DNA of 64,000 nucleotides from Callorhinchus milii (GCF_018977255.1 NW_024704742.1:7380001-7444000); one strand, 5' to 3'. Counted from the first letter of the stretch, positions 36,071 to 49,408 are shown. Made by a program: numbers and translations. The notes: a model not told the origin generated them from the letters alone.

Positions 36071-36770
36071 CAATAAACCTGGTGAAGTCCTTTGAGATGT
36101 TTGATAAGGCGCTATAACAAATGCAGGGATTGTTTTTATGTTATTTTATACAGTCACTGCATTTTCCAGCCCAAATTGATGTTTATTTAATCTGGATTTC
36201 CCCCACCCCATTTGCTTTCCCAGTATTACAGCCAATTCAGGGCTATTCTCCGGTGTATACTGATTTCCTCACAGGAGCTAAATAATCCTAGTTATTAATG
36301 CAATGAACTTCAGAGAAAAATAATCTGATAGACAGATGAACATGTTCGGAAATTTTAGAATCTTATTTAGCGCTATCTCAATTGACAGGCCTACTTAACA
36401 AGTGCCTATTATGGGGAATAATTCGCCTGCATTGAGCAATCGAGACAAAGGAAGAAAACTGGACCACTTTGTTGACACTGAAAGTTTTCTCAGCGCATTC
36501 CAACAATGGGCATTGAGGCAATGCAAAACATTAATGCTCTGCATCATTTATTCATAGATCTTCCACCACTGAACCAGCTGCGCAATGCCTGGTAATCTCT
36601 TAATCTAAAGATCAGGACATTGCAGTGTGCATGTTGTGATCTTCAGGAGGTCCTGCTCAGCTTACTATGTTTTTTTTGCACTGCAGGCTCATCTAGCCTT
36701 AAGCAATAGCCCTCATATGGAGCACTTGACACGTCCTCCAGAAGTGAAATGTGATAAATCAAATGCAAGT

Positions 36771-36792
36771 TTTATTATTATTATTTTTATTA

Positions 36793-36880
<88 letters not shown>
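36771..36880. repeat. (TTA)n microsatellite expanded from a retroelement tail
   Basis: About 26 perfect units at 36801-36880; the array begins directly after AAATGCAAG. Confidence 0.95.
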
Positions 36881-36927
36881 GTCAGTCCAGTATTTCCACC
36901 ATTTAACCTCCCGCCTCAGAAATATAA

Positions 36928-37147
36928 GGCCTCAAATTCCACTTAGCCTTAGCTCGTAAGATCGTTTCGTCTTAAAATTTAAGCTTGTGAAGAACTGTGG
37001 AAAGTTATTCGATTTGATCTTAATGTAGAAGCCCTTTTTTGAGAATTGCAAAAAAAATGAAATTGAAGAATTCTCCACAATTCTGCACAATGTGGCATTT
37101 TAGGACAAAATAGTCCTTACAGGCTAAAACGAGGAGAAATTTCAGGG
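36928..37147. mobile_element. Palindromic MITE, family M2, flanked by TAA
   Basis: GGCCTCAAATTCCACTTAGCCTTAGCTCGTAAG pairs with CTTACAGGCTAAAACGAGGAGAAATTTCAGGG; TAA at 36925-36927 and 37148-37150. Confidence 0.7.
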
Positions 37148-38226
37148 TAATAATCAAACTGTGCAAATTTGCTTAATCCATTTAGAGGTGTCCAGATAAC
37201 TGCATTGATCCATCTATAAACTCGTGTGAGGAATACATAAAGAGATTACCAGGCAATAGACAGCTGGTTTGATGGTGGAAGATTCCATGAATAAATAATG
37301 CAGAACATTAATGTTTTTCATTGCTGACTCCATCTCTGGATTAATGTACATTACCTGAGCTGGATGTGAAAAACAATTCATCAGTATTTCATATCAGGAT
37401 ATTTCCTCCATGGGCCTAAAATTCAAAGATGAACTGGCCCACTGTGTAACAGGAATGACTTTGGAGGAATACCAATCATGGGTTTGAACAATTCTTCTGG
37501 TCATTACAAATTCAAATAATCAGAACGGGATAGAAGACGGATACAGACGTGTCGCTATGAGGGGATGTGGTTGTTCGCAAGGGACTATGAGTTCAGAATC
37601 TTGATTCTGCCACATTAGACGAGCACCAAACAACTCTTGTTAGAGGAGATCATACTGATTCAATTTTATGCAGCCAGGCTGAAGTGGTACATGCATAATT
37701 AATGAGTGCTTATTGAATAAGTGGGAAGTATGGTGAATTAATGAACTAAATAATTCCTAACCAGTCACAAGTCTTTTCAATGCGACCGGCCGTAAAAGAT
37801 AATGAGATTTTCACTTGACATGATCCAAGAGGTGGTGGGGGGGGGGGGGGTGGGGGTTGTGGGGGTAGAATCAAGCAATGGTATATTCTACAACAGTATG
37901 TGTTAGATGTATGTTTGTGCATATGTGTATTTGAGCATTTGATTGTGTGTCTCGTTGTCCGTCTGTGTACGTGCAGCTCCTTCTTGTTCACGGTTGAGTA
38001 AGAAGCCAGGTTTAACATTAGGATACAGAGCATAATCAGGCACAGGCTGGGGGAGGGCAGCTCTGTGATTATATCACACCACCGAGCACTCCTTATTATC
38101 TGGAGACATGTTGTGGTTCAGGGTCTGGGTCAATACACACTGCACCAATACTGCTGTGACCCCTGTATAAAAGTCACAGCTGCAATAGCTTAGCGGTCCT
38201 GCACAATATAACTGCTGTGAAGGATC

Positions 38227-38658
38227 ATAAATAATGATAATCCTTGCATTGATATAATGCCTTTCACTTGTCAGGATGTCTCAAAGTGCTTCATAGGATA
38301 TACTGTAAAGTGGATTGATTGTATTTTGTGAGCAAAACATGGCAGCCATTTGCGCACAGCAATGTCCCACCAACAGCCATTGGAGTGAACGATCATTTTT
38401 ATTTGGGGGATTGCTGGTCAGGACACGGAGAGAAACTCCTTTCTCTTTCCAACTAGTGCAATGGGATCTTTAATGTCCACCTGCACAGGCAGACAGAACT
38501 TTGGTTTAATATCTCATCCGAAGGCCGGCACCTCTGACAATGCAACACAACCTTAGCACTGCATTGGAGCGTCATCTTAGATTCGTGATCCAAGTCCTGA
38601 TGTGGGAACTGATCCCACAACTTTTTGACTCAGATGTGATAGTGCTTCCACTGTGCCA
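38227..38658 (-). mobile_element. Near full-length DeuSINE/SacSINE1-like SINE
   Basis: Reverse complement shows a tRNA-like head, the Deu domain (TGTCAGAGGTGCCGGCCTTCGGATGAGA...AGGTGGACATTAAAGATCCCA) and an L2-type tail. Confidence 0.8.
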
Positions 38659-40734
38659 GGCTGTCATACATACAGAAAGAACTTGCCTTTATTCTTTATA
38701 GTGTCCATAACTTTAAAACATCTCATTTCACAATACATATAACATTCACCAATGGTCCCAACCAATATAACTTTCGTAGGTCCAAATAGGAATAACACAG
38801 GGTATTGTGGCTGCGAGAACTAGATGTGGGGTGAATCTGTCTTAGGTTATATGATTATAGAGCTCAGGATTTTCCCCTCCACTGAAGCCCAGTTACAATG
38901 CCCTTGAATTACCTCTGTGCAGACCATAGATCACACCTGAAACCTCGCCGGCCAAACCAAACAATGCAGTGGCTTTAGACATTGAACAATGTCAACCTCA
39001 GTGACATGATATCATCTGGTTCCCAATGGAACTGAGTCCACAACATGAACATCTCCATTGGAGGGAATGAAACACTTGCTGAAACATGAGCAGAGCCCAG
39101 AAGAAAAAAATGAACCCAGATGGAGAACAATACCCTGATGAATGTCGGATGAGGCTTGTAGCCAGTTTTGCAACAAATAAATTGAATCTATTACAGCTGA
39201 GCAGAGGTGGTGAAGGAAAGGAGAGCAGATGGCATTTACACTACAGTATTAGTGGAGTTGGATAGATACAATATGTGTTTTGTGCACTCCGTATAATGAA
39301 TTGGAATATCTTATATTGGTTTATCTTTCTCCCCTATTTCTGAAACATATTATTGTTCGTTTCCATCCTTCTATTTCCTATCCAAGAGGACAGGTAGACA
39401 ACTAGATCCCAGGCAATCTGCTGCTGTGCAAACAGCTACTGTGAGCTGTTGACTAACTTGTCCTCTGAAACTTTTCTCTCTCCCCTGTAGAGGTGAATTC
39501 CATATCTTGCGCTCTGGGACACTATCCTGCATGAAGGGGTGCTATATAAAGCAAGTTGTTGTTGTAATATCTTGCCACTCCTGTGGTTCAGTCCATTAGC
39601 AGCAACAGCACCATCCCATGAGACAAGGAATGTGTTGAACTCCATTGAGCTCACAGTGCTATGTCCAGCAGCTGCTCTGACTTTGGAGCCTTTGATGTAA
39701 GAAGAATGAGATGGTCCTGTTGCTTCTGGAGGTGGTCTTCCATTTCATCCCACCTTTTGGGGGCAACAGCAAAGCAGCACACAGCCAGCTCAATGCCTGC
39801 GCCCACACTGACGTCCGCAGTCTTTTCTGCCCAGTGCTTTGGGCTGAGCGATCAGTGCCAAAGCCACAGCACTAGTCTTAATACGCCAAACTAAAGAAAA
39901 CACCATAGCATGTATAATGTAATAATGTAAGGAAATTGGTAGCAATTTATCCAGCAGATAAGTGGAGTAAATAAACTAAACCAGTTTGAATAATTTCTAT
40001 AATTCTGTTTTAGTGATTTTCAGTATCCTGGATATATACAATTGCACTGTTCACCCAGTGCTTAAACCGTGAAGTGTTTTTGGAAAAAACACAGCACTGG
40101 GAGAACTCGCTACTCCGGGGGTTAATGGCACATGGTAAATTGCAGCATCACGTTGAAATAAATCAGAAATGTGTCTATCTGACTTCTTCCTTCCAGCAAA
40201 GTCAGCTATGGAATATACTAGAGATTCAGGCAATAGAAATAGATTTATTGTTAGCTCTTGGCGTTTTTATTTTGTGGCCAACTCATCCTTTCTGGCTTTG
40301 TTAGGCAGCTGACATTCCATTCCCGTCCAATGCAAAACCCAGTGGTATGTTTCCAACGGATCTATTTATGGACAGCGCACTATATTATCCTGGGCCCTTC
40401 TTTGTGCTTTGAATTACCATCGGACAATCAATGTCTTTGTTTTGTCATTTAAACCCACCAACAAAAAGTGATTCTAAACTGGAAACTAACTACTCCGTAA
40501 CATCCTCGGCGTATTGTTAAAGGCAATGTACATGGAAATGATTTCAAGGTTGGCACTTAACTTCTGAGTGAAGCTCTCTTGCTCTCTCTCTCTCTCTCTT
40601 AGTCTGAAGTAAACTCATCAACTAGATCTTTACAATCGATTTGTGAACAGATGGCGGTAAAATTCCACCTCGTTCTCGATTAATGTAGCATTTCAGATAG
40701 TTCAAAATTTTGACCCCTCACCTAATTAGAAGCC

Positions 40735-41220
40735 AGCTTGTCTTATCTGGTAACACTCAGGCCTTCGAGTCAGACAGTTGTGGGTTCAAGCCCCATGTTG
40801 GGAAATTTGAACTCACAGTCAAGACTGACAATCCAGTGCAGTGCTCGGGAGCCGTTGTTGGTGTTCAAGCTGCCGCCCTTCAGATTAAACGATGAAACAC
40901 GTTTGAATCTGCTTGTCTATTCAGTTAAATGGCACGATTTGGGTGTCTGACTCCATGGCACTATTTGAAAAGAGTAGTGAGTTTTCCCGGTGTCTTGGCC
41001 GATAGATCCCCCTGATAAAATATACAGTTAATTCACTTTACAGTATATTTTGTGAAGCGCTTTGAGACTTCTCGAAGCTGTGATAAGGCGCTGTATCAAA
41101 TGCAAGGTTTATTATTTATAAGTACTGGTTCTTCACTTCATGGCTCTTTATGGGATATTGCTGTCCACAAATTGGCTGCTGAATTTGCTTACAAATCCAC
41201 AGTAGCTATACTTTAAAGTA
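40735..41220 (+). mobile_element. DeuSINE-like copy with a young SINE tail inserted at about 41015-41120
   Basis: Head GTGGGTTCAAGCCCCA and Deu motifs; the older body resumes at about 41125. Confidence 0.7.
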
Positions 41221-41544
41221 AAATCCTGTGATTCTAAGAACTGAAGAACACCGGTTTCAAAGTTAAGGGCTGTCGTTAAGAATTTTCCAACACTCATCAC
41301 AAGCTTACAGAATATTCAGTGAAGTTGCTTTTGAGAAGTTTTGACATTGTAGGGACTAAACAAATGCAAGGGTTATTAGTAAACATGATCATGCCTTTTA
41401 GTGATTATGCCATAGAGTTTGGGTTATAGCAGCTGTAAGATTTGGGTTCAGTGTGCTACACCTGCAGAAAGTACTTGGAAAACATTTGCACATGTGCCTT
41501 CATTTGTGTGCTGATCCCAAGCTAATAAGTGCTGAGTCACGCCA

Positions 41545-42165
41545 AATGTTCTGTCAGCTTGTCTGACAGACATCAAGAGCTGGATGAGCGTGCATTCCCT
41601 GCAGCTAAATGTCGACAAAACGGAAGCCATGCTCTTTGGCTCCAGTCGATGTCTTCTGTCCCACGGAACTGACCTGCTCAACCTACCCAACCTGTCCTTA
41701 AAACTCTTAGAACCCGTGCACAACTTACGAGTCAGGTTTGATCCCCAGTTGTCATTCCTCCCTCACATCCGGTCCCTGACCAGCACCGCTTTCTTCCACC
41801 TCTGCTACATTTTGTCTCCGATTATACCTCATCCCAAAAGCTGCCGAAACCCTTGTCCGTGCCTTTGTCACCTCTGGGCTGGATTACTCTAACGCCCTCC
41901 TCGCTGGTCTCCCCTGCTCCATATTCACAAAATTCAGCTCATTCAAAACTCCGCCGCCCGCATTCTCACCCGCACCAAACTCCATACCCTGATTACTCCA
42001 GTCCTTGCCAAACTCCACTGGCTCCCTGTCACAGAGCGGATTGGCTTCAAGATGGTGACCTTGCCCCTCACCCTGGCTTGGCCTCGGGCTCCGCCAGTGT
42101 TAAGCGCTCTGAGACGCCACCTGGCGTGGAGGGCGCTATATAAATGCAAGTTGTTGTTGTTGTTG
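41545..42165 (+). mobile_element. L2 LINE ORF2 fragment plus 3' tail
   Basis: LQLNVDKTEAMLFG...NLRVRFDPQLSF; ends GGAGGGCGCTATATAAATGCAAG(TTG)n. Confidence 0.88.
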
Positions 42166-42183
42166 AGCCTGTTTGTCCCAGTA

Positions 42184-43301
42184 GGAGCTCTTCAGTACAG
42201 TGGTTAGAGCACTCGCCTCGCAAGCGAGAGACCTGGGTTCGATTCCCGGCAGGACGAAACATTGGGCAAGTTTCTTTACTCCACACACCTCTGTTTACCT
42301 AGCAGTGAGTAGGAACCCGGTTGTTAGTCGATTGGCGGATTGGTTCTCTGGGAGTAATAATTCCTTCAAACAATAAATAATAATAAATTGGTCACTCAAT
42401 CCGTCTGCTTATGGGACACTGCAGTATGCAATTGGCTGCCGTGTTTCACCCACAAAATGCACCTCCCCGTAAAACTCTCGGAACCCGTACGCAACCTAGG
42501 CGTCAGGTTCGACCCCCAATTATCATTCCTCCCCCACATCCGGTCTCTCACCAGCACCGCCTTCTTCCACCTCCGACGCATCGCCCGTCTCCGCCGATAC
42601 CTCTCTCCGAAAACCGCTGAAACCCTGGTCCATGCCTTTGTCACCTCTCGGCTGGACTACTCTAACACCCTCCTGGCCGGTCACCCCTTCACTACCATCC
42701 ATAAAATCCAGATCATTCAAAACTCTGCCGTCTGCATTCTCACCCGCACCAAACTCCGCTCACCAATCACCCCAGTCCTTGCCAGACTGCACTGGCTCCT
42801 ATCCCAGAGAGGATCGACTTCAAGGTCCTCACCCTTGTCTTCAAATCCCTCCACTCCTCTGCACCCCCTGACTTCTCTGACCTCCTCTCTCCTCAAAGCA
42901 GTGCCCGTTGCCTTTGTTCCTCCGGGTCTGGCCTCCTTCTTGTCCTCCATTCCACCCTCGGTGGCCGTGCCTTCAGCCACTGCGCCCCGAGGCTCTGGAA
43001 CTCCCTTCCTCACTCCCTTCACCTCGTCCCCTCTTTTCCTACTTTCAGGTCTCTGCTGAAGATCTTTCTTTACGACTGCGCCTTTGGTCACCTTCCTCCT
43101 CCTCCCCCTGGCTCAGCCCCGGGATCCGTTATTGTGAAGCGCTCTGAGACGCCGTCCGCTCTATAAATCCAAGTTGTTGTTGTTGTTGTTTATACAGTCA
43201 ATTCACTTTACAGTCTATTCTTTGAAGCGCTTTGAGATGTCTCGAAGACGTGATAGGGCGCGATATCAAATGCAAGGATTATTATTATTATTTTTATTAT
43301 T
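42184..43301 (+). mobile_element. Young SINE subtype A (42184-42458 plus 43191-43301) split by a 5'-truncated L2 (42459-43190)
   Basis: The SINE breaks at CACAAAAT and resumes at (T)ATACAGTCAATTCAC after the L2 (TTG)n tail. The L2 translates VRNLGVRFDPQLSF...AFVTSRLDYSN. Confidence 0.92.
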
Positions 43302-44079
43302 AAATAGCCTGGGCTTAACCAGGTCTGGAGGTTTATGTCCTATGGCCACTGTTGAAAAGAGTATATGTGGAAACACTGGGGTTAAAAATGTGCTCATCGG
43401 AAAAATGGAAAGAAATGACTCAGTGACAGGAAAAGTGCCTTGGGACATGGAGTCGGACGCCTGCTGGGAATCACAGGGACATCACACCAACTCTTTAGAA
43501 CTTGGTTCTGAGTCGAATTCTACCGTGACACACTGGCAGGGATTTTACTGCCTGTCTTTGCAGCGGTGGTGCCTGATGTTAATAACATCTGCTCGGCCCA
43601 ATTATTTCCATCTGCCTTCTCTTCCATTAATACATACCAGCAGTGTGGTTCAAATAGGGTCGTGGGTTCGTTTGGAAACCCTTCCGCACCCCCCACCCCA
43701 TTCCAAGTATTTCTAATGATTCTAATCTCGAGTTAAAGGGCTATCCCACAGTTCTAACACCAGAGTGACTGAGCTGAAATATTCAGAGTGGATATAGGCT
43801 CAAAGGGGAGGGAAGTGGGGTATCTAATGTTTACTTATCAAATACGAACAGCGATCCCACAAGATCACAAGAGGTTTGGATGAAGAAGGTCCCTTTGGTC
43901 AGTTTGAATTCATCCTTCCACATTGCAGGGTCTGTTTCTTAACACATTGGATCTGCCGGGCATTGCAATTTTCACCCCCTTTGTGAATATTCAGGCTTGT
44001 AGGCGAGCAGCCCAGCTAGCCAGCTGCTCAGGTGCTCATTGCCCGCCCCACTGAGATGTAAGCCGACACTCTGGGACAC

Positions 44080-44705
44080 ACAGGAGCCTTCTCAACTACT
44101 CGCGTACTCATCCACACCAAACTCCACACATCCACCACCCACCACCTCAGTGCTCACAAGTCTCCACTGTCTCCCTGTCTCCCAGTGGTTTGATTTCAAC
44201 CACAAATCTGTCCTCTTCCTGGCACCCTCTTATTTCTCCAATCTTCTACCCTATCTCTAATCCCTAATCCCTCCAAAACCCAAAACAATAATAAATTGGT
44301 CATTTTCAATCCACGACTGTTTGTGGGACATTGCTGTGCGCAATTGGCTGCCGCGTTCGCCCACAGGTATAGTCAATTCACTTTACAGTGTGTTCTGTGA
44401 AGCGCTTTGGGATGTCCTCCCGACGTGAAAAGCGCTATATCAAATGCAAGGATTATTATTATTATTATTATTATTACTCCTCTGCCCACCCTCACTGCTC
44501 AGCTGCCTCAGGCTTGCTGCAAATCCTCTTTCCTCTCCACACCACCATTGCTGGCCGAACCTTCAGTTCCTATGCCTCTAACCTCTGGAATTCCCTTCCT
44601 CTATCACACCATCTCTCCCCCCCGCCCACCTTTCTGTATATATCCAGCGCCTTTGTATTGCTCCTGATGTGAAAGGCGCAATACAAATGTAATCTCTTCT
44701 TGTTG
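44080..44705 (+). mobile_element. Old L2 3' fragment split by a 5'-truncated SINE-B (about 44258-44476)
   Basis: VLTSLHCLPV before the SINE and AGRTFSSYASNLWNSLP after it. Confidence 0.75.
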
Positions 44706-44769
44706 TATGTGAAGGCTGCCTTTCCTGGTAACCTGTTGCAGTTGTTGTTTACATTCTACGTAAAGAATA

Positions 44770-45370
44770 TGTTTCTGGTGTCAGTCCTGAAATTGCCCTT
44801 TATAACTCGAAACCTATTTCCTCTTCCAATGTCTTGATACATCCTCAAGTATTGATCTGGGTTTATTTTTTCAATCCCATTTAAAATTTTATTAACGTCT
44901 ATATCTTGTATCCCCTATGATTCATCTTTTTGTCAAAACTGAAACAATCCCAACTTGTTGAGTTGACTCTCATAGCCTCGTACAAATTCTTGATCAGTGA
45001 TTTATTATTCACATTAACATTTAAACATAACTACATAACTGCCAATTGACCCTCTGTACTTTTGCGTAAAAGTTGTCAAATACCCCGCAATTTGGGGCAA
45101 ATATTTTGGCACTTTTCTATTGTCCCAACTCATAGCTCATTCCTCTAACACTGGGGATCATCCTCATTGCTCTTCTCTACGCTGTCTTTAAGGCCTGGCC
45201 CTTATGTTGTGGTGGCCAGAAATGTGTGCAGTATTCAAGGTGTGGTCTGACCGAAGCACTTTACAGTCTGCGTGTGATATTTGGGTAATCTAAATTTAAA
45301 TTATTTAGCAATATAGCCCAGCATCCTTTTTACTTTGTTTATTGCTGCTTCAGCCTGTTGAATGTAGTTG
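44770..45370 (-). mobile_element. Decayed CR1 LINE ORF2 C-terminal fragment
   Basis: Minus strand GGTCAGACCACACCTTGAATACTG resembles the CR1 LVRPHLEYC motif. Confidence 0.6.
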
Positions 45371-47195
45371 GAGAGTAAGAATAAGCATAATCCTTACATT
45401 ACATCTTAAACTGGTTCGTACACCATATAGCAAAGTGCAGAAATATTTTGTAGGTGAAATGCGGTGGTTAATTTGCACACAGCAATTCTCAAAGATGTGC
45501 TGTAGAAGGAATTCACCCCCTTCCAACCCACCACCATATACACACACATACACCATTCTCAATGGCAATATTCATGGTGGGATTACTGCAACTATATTTA
45601 GTAAAGGAGGCTTATAGCATTTAATTGAACTCCTTTTAAGATGCACTGCAGACACCAAATGAAATAGCCACACTCCACAGCCATCGTGTCTGGCTTTGCT
45701 GCAATATAAGTCATAACAAAATGTAACAACACTTTGCAGTATATTCTGTGGAGAGCTTTGAGATGTCTCAACAAAGTGATAAGGCGCTACATGAAATGCA
45801 AGGATTATTATTATATTATATACGCATCATGTTACATCAAAACAATGTACAGATCAGAAGATCTCCAGTGTAAGTGCAGAATGACCAGATGTTCAGACAA
45901 GATCGTTCAGATTCCTATCTCTTCGCCCTCAACATCCTCCAGTGAGATCTGCTAACTCCCTCCGGTCCCTCCACAGCACACGCATCTAGATCCACCATTT
46001 ACCGAATCCCTGGGCTTGTCATCTCACACAAAGTGATCGAATTGTCAGCAGACTGGCACAGACGGGACTCCAGGATGTTGGCAACCGTCTGCGTGTCTTT
46101 TTTGGCATCTCATCAGTCACTTTAATTGCTTCACGATCCACTTCACGGGGACCCCAATGCATATTTAGCTCTGTGTTCATGGTTTTACATTTCATCAATG
46201 CAGCATTTTATGAGAGTGAACAAATACTGAGAATTGACTACATTTTTCATCGCTATAATCTCTCTGTACGCTGGAAATCCTGCATCTGCCTAACTCCTGG
46301 CAGTACACGTTTTACTGTTTCAATGTGTTTGGGTGGAGAAGAAGGAATCAGACTACTCAAAAAGAGAAGCCTGTTTCTCCCAGGGTCAAATCAACCTCTA
46401 GAACAAAATTGATCATTCACTTGAAGGCTGTTTGTAGAACATTGTTGTGCCCACACAGACTGCCACATTCAGCTCCACTTGACAGAAAATTGGGTGAAGG
46501 ACTTTGAGATGTTTTGATGTGAAAAGGCATTATATCAAGTGCACACATTATTATTATTATTACAACATAACTCATCTAACACAGCCATTTATTCTCACCT
46601 TTCCAAAAGCTACTGATCTTATTAATTGTCTGTGTGTGTTGTAGTTTAACACACCATGATTCATTAAATAAGGGCTTACCATTGTAAACTCCAGTTCTAT
46701 TATTACCAAGTTCATTATGCACACTGAACGTGGAATTTCACAGCAACTCATGGCATGTTTTATGAAGTAATAAACCAGGTCAGAATTATCAGTGTTCATT
46801 TACAGGATTGAGTGCACTGTCACATGAGGGTTGGCACTGACACTTGATAAAATGGACACATGAAACTAAAGCAAGATTCTATAAATTGTGGAAAAAAAGT
46901 TAAGTTCAATTTGTCTTTTTATTCAAAATTAAATTAGAAGTGTTTGCTTACAAAGTACACAGTCACTTTACAACTTTATATCTTTTGAAACACTTTAAGG
47001 CATCCTCCTGACATAGAAGCCTAAAGGTTATTATTATTAGGTCATATTATAAATGTACTGCTGTTCGGTACATTTTGCCAATTAAATATCTCAATGAATT
47101 GATTACTATGAGAGAGTGATTGCATAGTTGGGAGATTCAAGCTATCCGCTCAAGTTATTTTCCCGATTAAAAGTGAGACCTTTCACCAAATACTT

Positions 47196-47371
47196 GATCA
47201 AATTGAATCTGTCATGGAACGTCCCATAATTCAAAATTATAATAATAATCCATACACTTGATATAGCGCCTTATCGCATCTTCGATCAAATTGAATCTGT
47301 TATAGAACGTCCCATAATTAAAAATTATAATAATAATCCATGCATTTGATATAGCGCCTTACCGCGTCTTC
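47196..47371. repeat. 88-bp tandem duplication including flank and SINE tail
   Basis: GATCAAATTGAATCTGT...GCRTCTTC at 47196-47283 and 47284-47371. Confidence 0.9.
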
Positions 47372-47796
47372 GAGACGTCTCAAAGCGCTTCACAGGATAT
47401 ACTGTAAAGCGCTTTGAGACGTCTAGAAGATGTGAAAATCGCTATCTCAAATGCACAGCTTATTATTATTATTAAAGCGAATTAACTGTATATTTTGTGG
47501 GTGAAACAAAAATTCTGTATAACATAAAACTAGTAATACATCATTACAGATATCACCCTGGCTCAGTTTGTAACAATAACAACAGCAAATTGCATTTGTA
47601 AAGTGCCTTTCACGTCGGGAGGATGTGGAGTAGGTCGAAGCCGGCTGAGTGGAAAGCGCGGACAGGTTGATATGGGATTAACAGGTCACAGAGGTAGGAA
47701 GGAGCAAGGCCGTGGAGGGCTTTGAAGGCAAGGACGAGGATTTTGAACTTCAACGCTCTTGCTTCCGACTCAGAAGGTTGTTAGTTTAGTATGCAG

Positions 47797-48160
47797 AGGC
47801 CCATAGTGTAATCGTTAACGCAATTGCCTCGCAAGCAAGAGGACCTGGGTTCAATACCCAGGCAGGGCGAAACCATTGGCAAGTTTCCTTACCCCACATG
47901 TTTCTGTTTACCTAGCAGTAAGTAAGATCCCGGTTGATAGTCGATTGTTGGATCATTTTCCAGGGGTAATAATCCCTCCCCCCAACAAAATGTGGTCACT
48001 CAATCCACGACTGTTCATAGGACCCTGCTGGGCACAGTTGGGTGCCCACAAAATATACAGTCAATCCACTTTGCAATATATAATCTGTGAAGCACTTTGA
48101 GATGTCTCAATTACGTGATAAAGCACTATATCAAATGAAACAATTATTATTATTATATTA
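47797..48160 (+). mobile_element. Diverged full-length SINE, subtype A
   Basis: Degenerate head (GCCTCGCAAGC, GGTTCAATACCC), subtype-A middle and tail. Confidence 0.8.
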
Positions 48161-48216
48161 TAATCTTTGTATTCTGCTCTTCCACACATTTACAACCTTC
48201 ATGATGAGTGCCTAAA

Positions 48217-48447
48217 GGGCCTGAAATTCCATCTAGTCCTACCCTGTAAAACCATTTTGTTTGTTTTAAAATGTATTAACCTGTGGAAAATTCTTAAACT
48301 CAATCTTAATTTGGAAGGATTATTTCCACAGTTTTCAAGAAAAGAATATGGCTTCCAAATTAAAATTAAATGGAAGGAGTGTTTCTCAATCTAAAATTTG
48401 AAGTTAAAATGGTCTTATGTGCTAAGACTATGTGGAATTTCAGGCCT
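48217..48447. mobile_element. Palindromic MITE, family M2 (best-preserved copy)
   Basis: GGCCTGAAATTCCATCTAGTCCTTA versus the reverse complement of the right end, GGCCTGAAATTCCACATAGTCTTA. Confidence 0.8.
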
Positions 48448-49088
48448 GTAGGGAATTCATTTAACAGTGAGCAGAGCTGTGAATATCCTCATTATCTGCT
48501 TGTTCTAGTGCCAGATGAAAGCTTGATAAAATAAATCCTTTTCATTGACTGTTAAGTACATAATTAATGGCACCCGTAATTCCTTCAGCACACGTGTTTA
48601 CATGATGATTTACACACTTGGTTCACAATTCCGTCAGATATGCGGTGATTGAGTAAAGTGGTGTTGATGATGGTTCTGTGTAATTGTTGGCGCCAAATGG
48701 TCAATGGTGGAAGTTATGCTTTTTCAGTGTTAGCTTCTGGCGGAGTCAAACTCTGATGGTTGAACACAACCATTCAGAAGCTATTTTCAAAATTAGTCTT
48801 TGCAATTTGCATTTAAACACCACTTTTAACAGGAAATAGAAGCATATATCATCGTGGGCGGAGGAGAGTGGGGAAGCTGGAGGAGGAAGCATCTGATCTC
48901 TGAAGGACAAATAATAATATCAATCCTTTCATTTGATATATACCGCCTTTCACATTGGGAAGACATCTCAAAGCACTTCATAGGATTTACTGTTATATCT
49001 AGTGACTAGATTTTGAGGGCAGATGCAGCAACCAATTTGCACACAGGAATGTCCAACGGACAGCCAAGAAGTGAATAATCAATTTTAT

Positions 49089-49408
49089 AATAATAATAAT
49101 AATCCTTGCATTTGCTATAGCGCTTTTCACGTCTTCTAGACGTCTCAAAGTGCTTCACAGAATATGCTGTAAAATGAATTGACTGTATATTTGTGGGCGA
49201 AACGCGGCAGCCAATTGCATACAGCAGTGTCCCACAAACAGTCGTGGATTGGAAATGACCAATTTATTATTGTTTTGTTTTTTGGAGAGATAATTATTAG
49301 GCGTGTGGAGTATGGAAACTTGCTCAAGGTTTCGCCCTCTGCCTGGAATTGAACCCAGTTGTCTCGCTTGCAAGGCGAGTGCTCTAACCACTGAGCTACA
49401 GGACTCTA
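49089..49408 (-). mobile_element. Young SINE subtype B, full length, inserted in a DeuSINE (about 48910-49680, minus) with a 9-bp TSD
   Basis: CAATTTTAT at 49080-49088 and 49409-49417; the DeuSINE continues on both sides. Confidence 0.9.

Noticed and set aside
36627..36959. Poly-Ile ORF
   Set aside because: Translation of the (ATT)n microsatellite.
37830..37865. G-rich tract (also poly-C at 59829-59851) as a functional G-quadruplex
   Set aside because: Homopolymer runs with no functional context, and prone to sequencing error.
42388..43059. 223-aa ORF
   Set aside because: SINE/L2 junction read-through; 5'-truncated and frameshifted.
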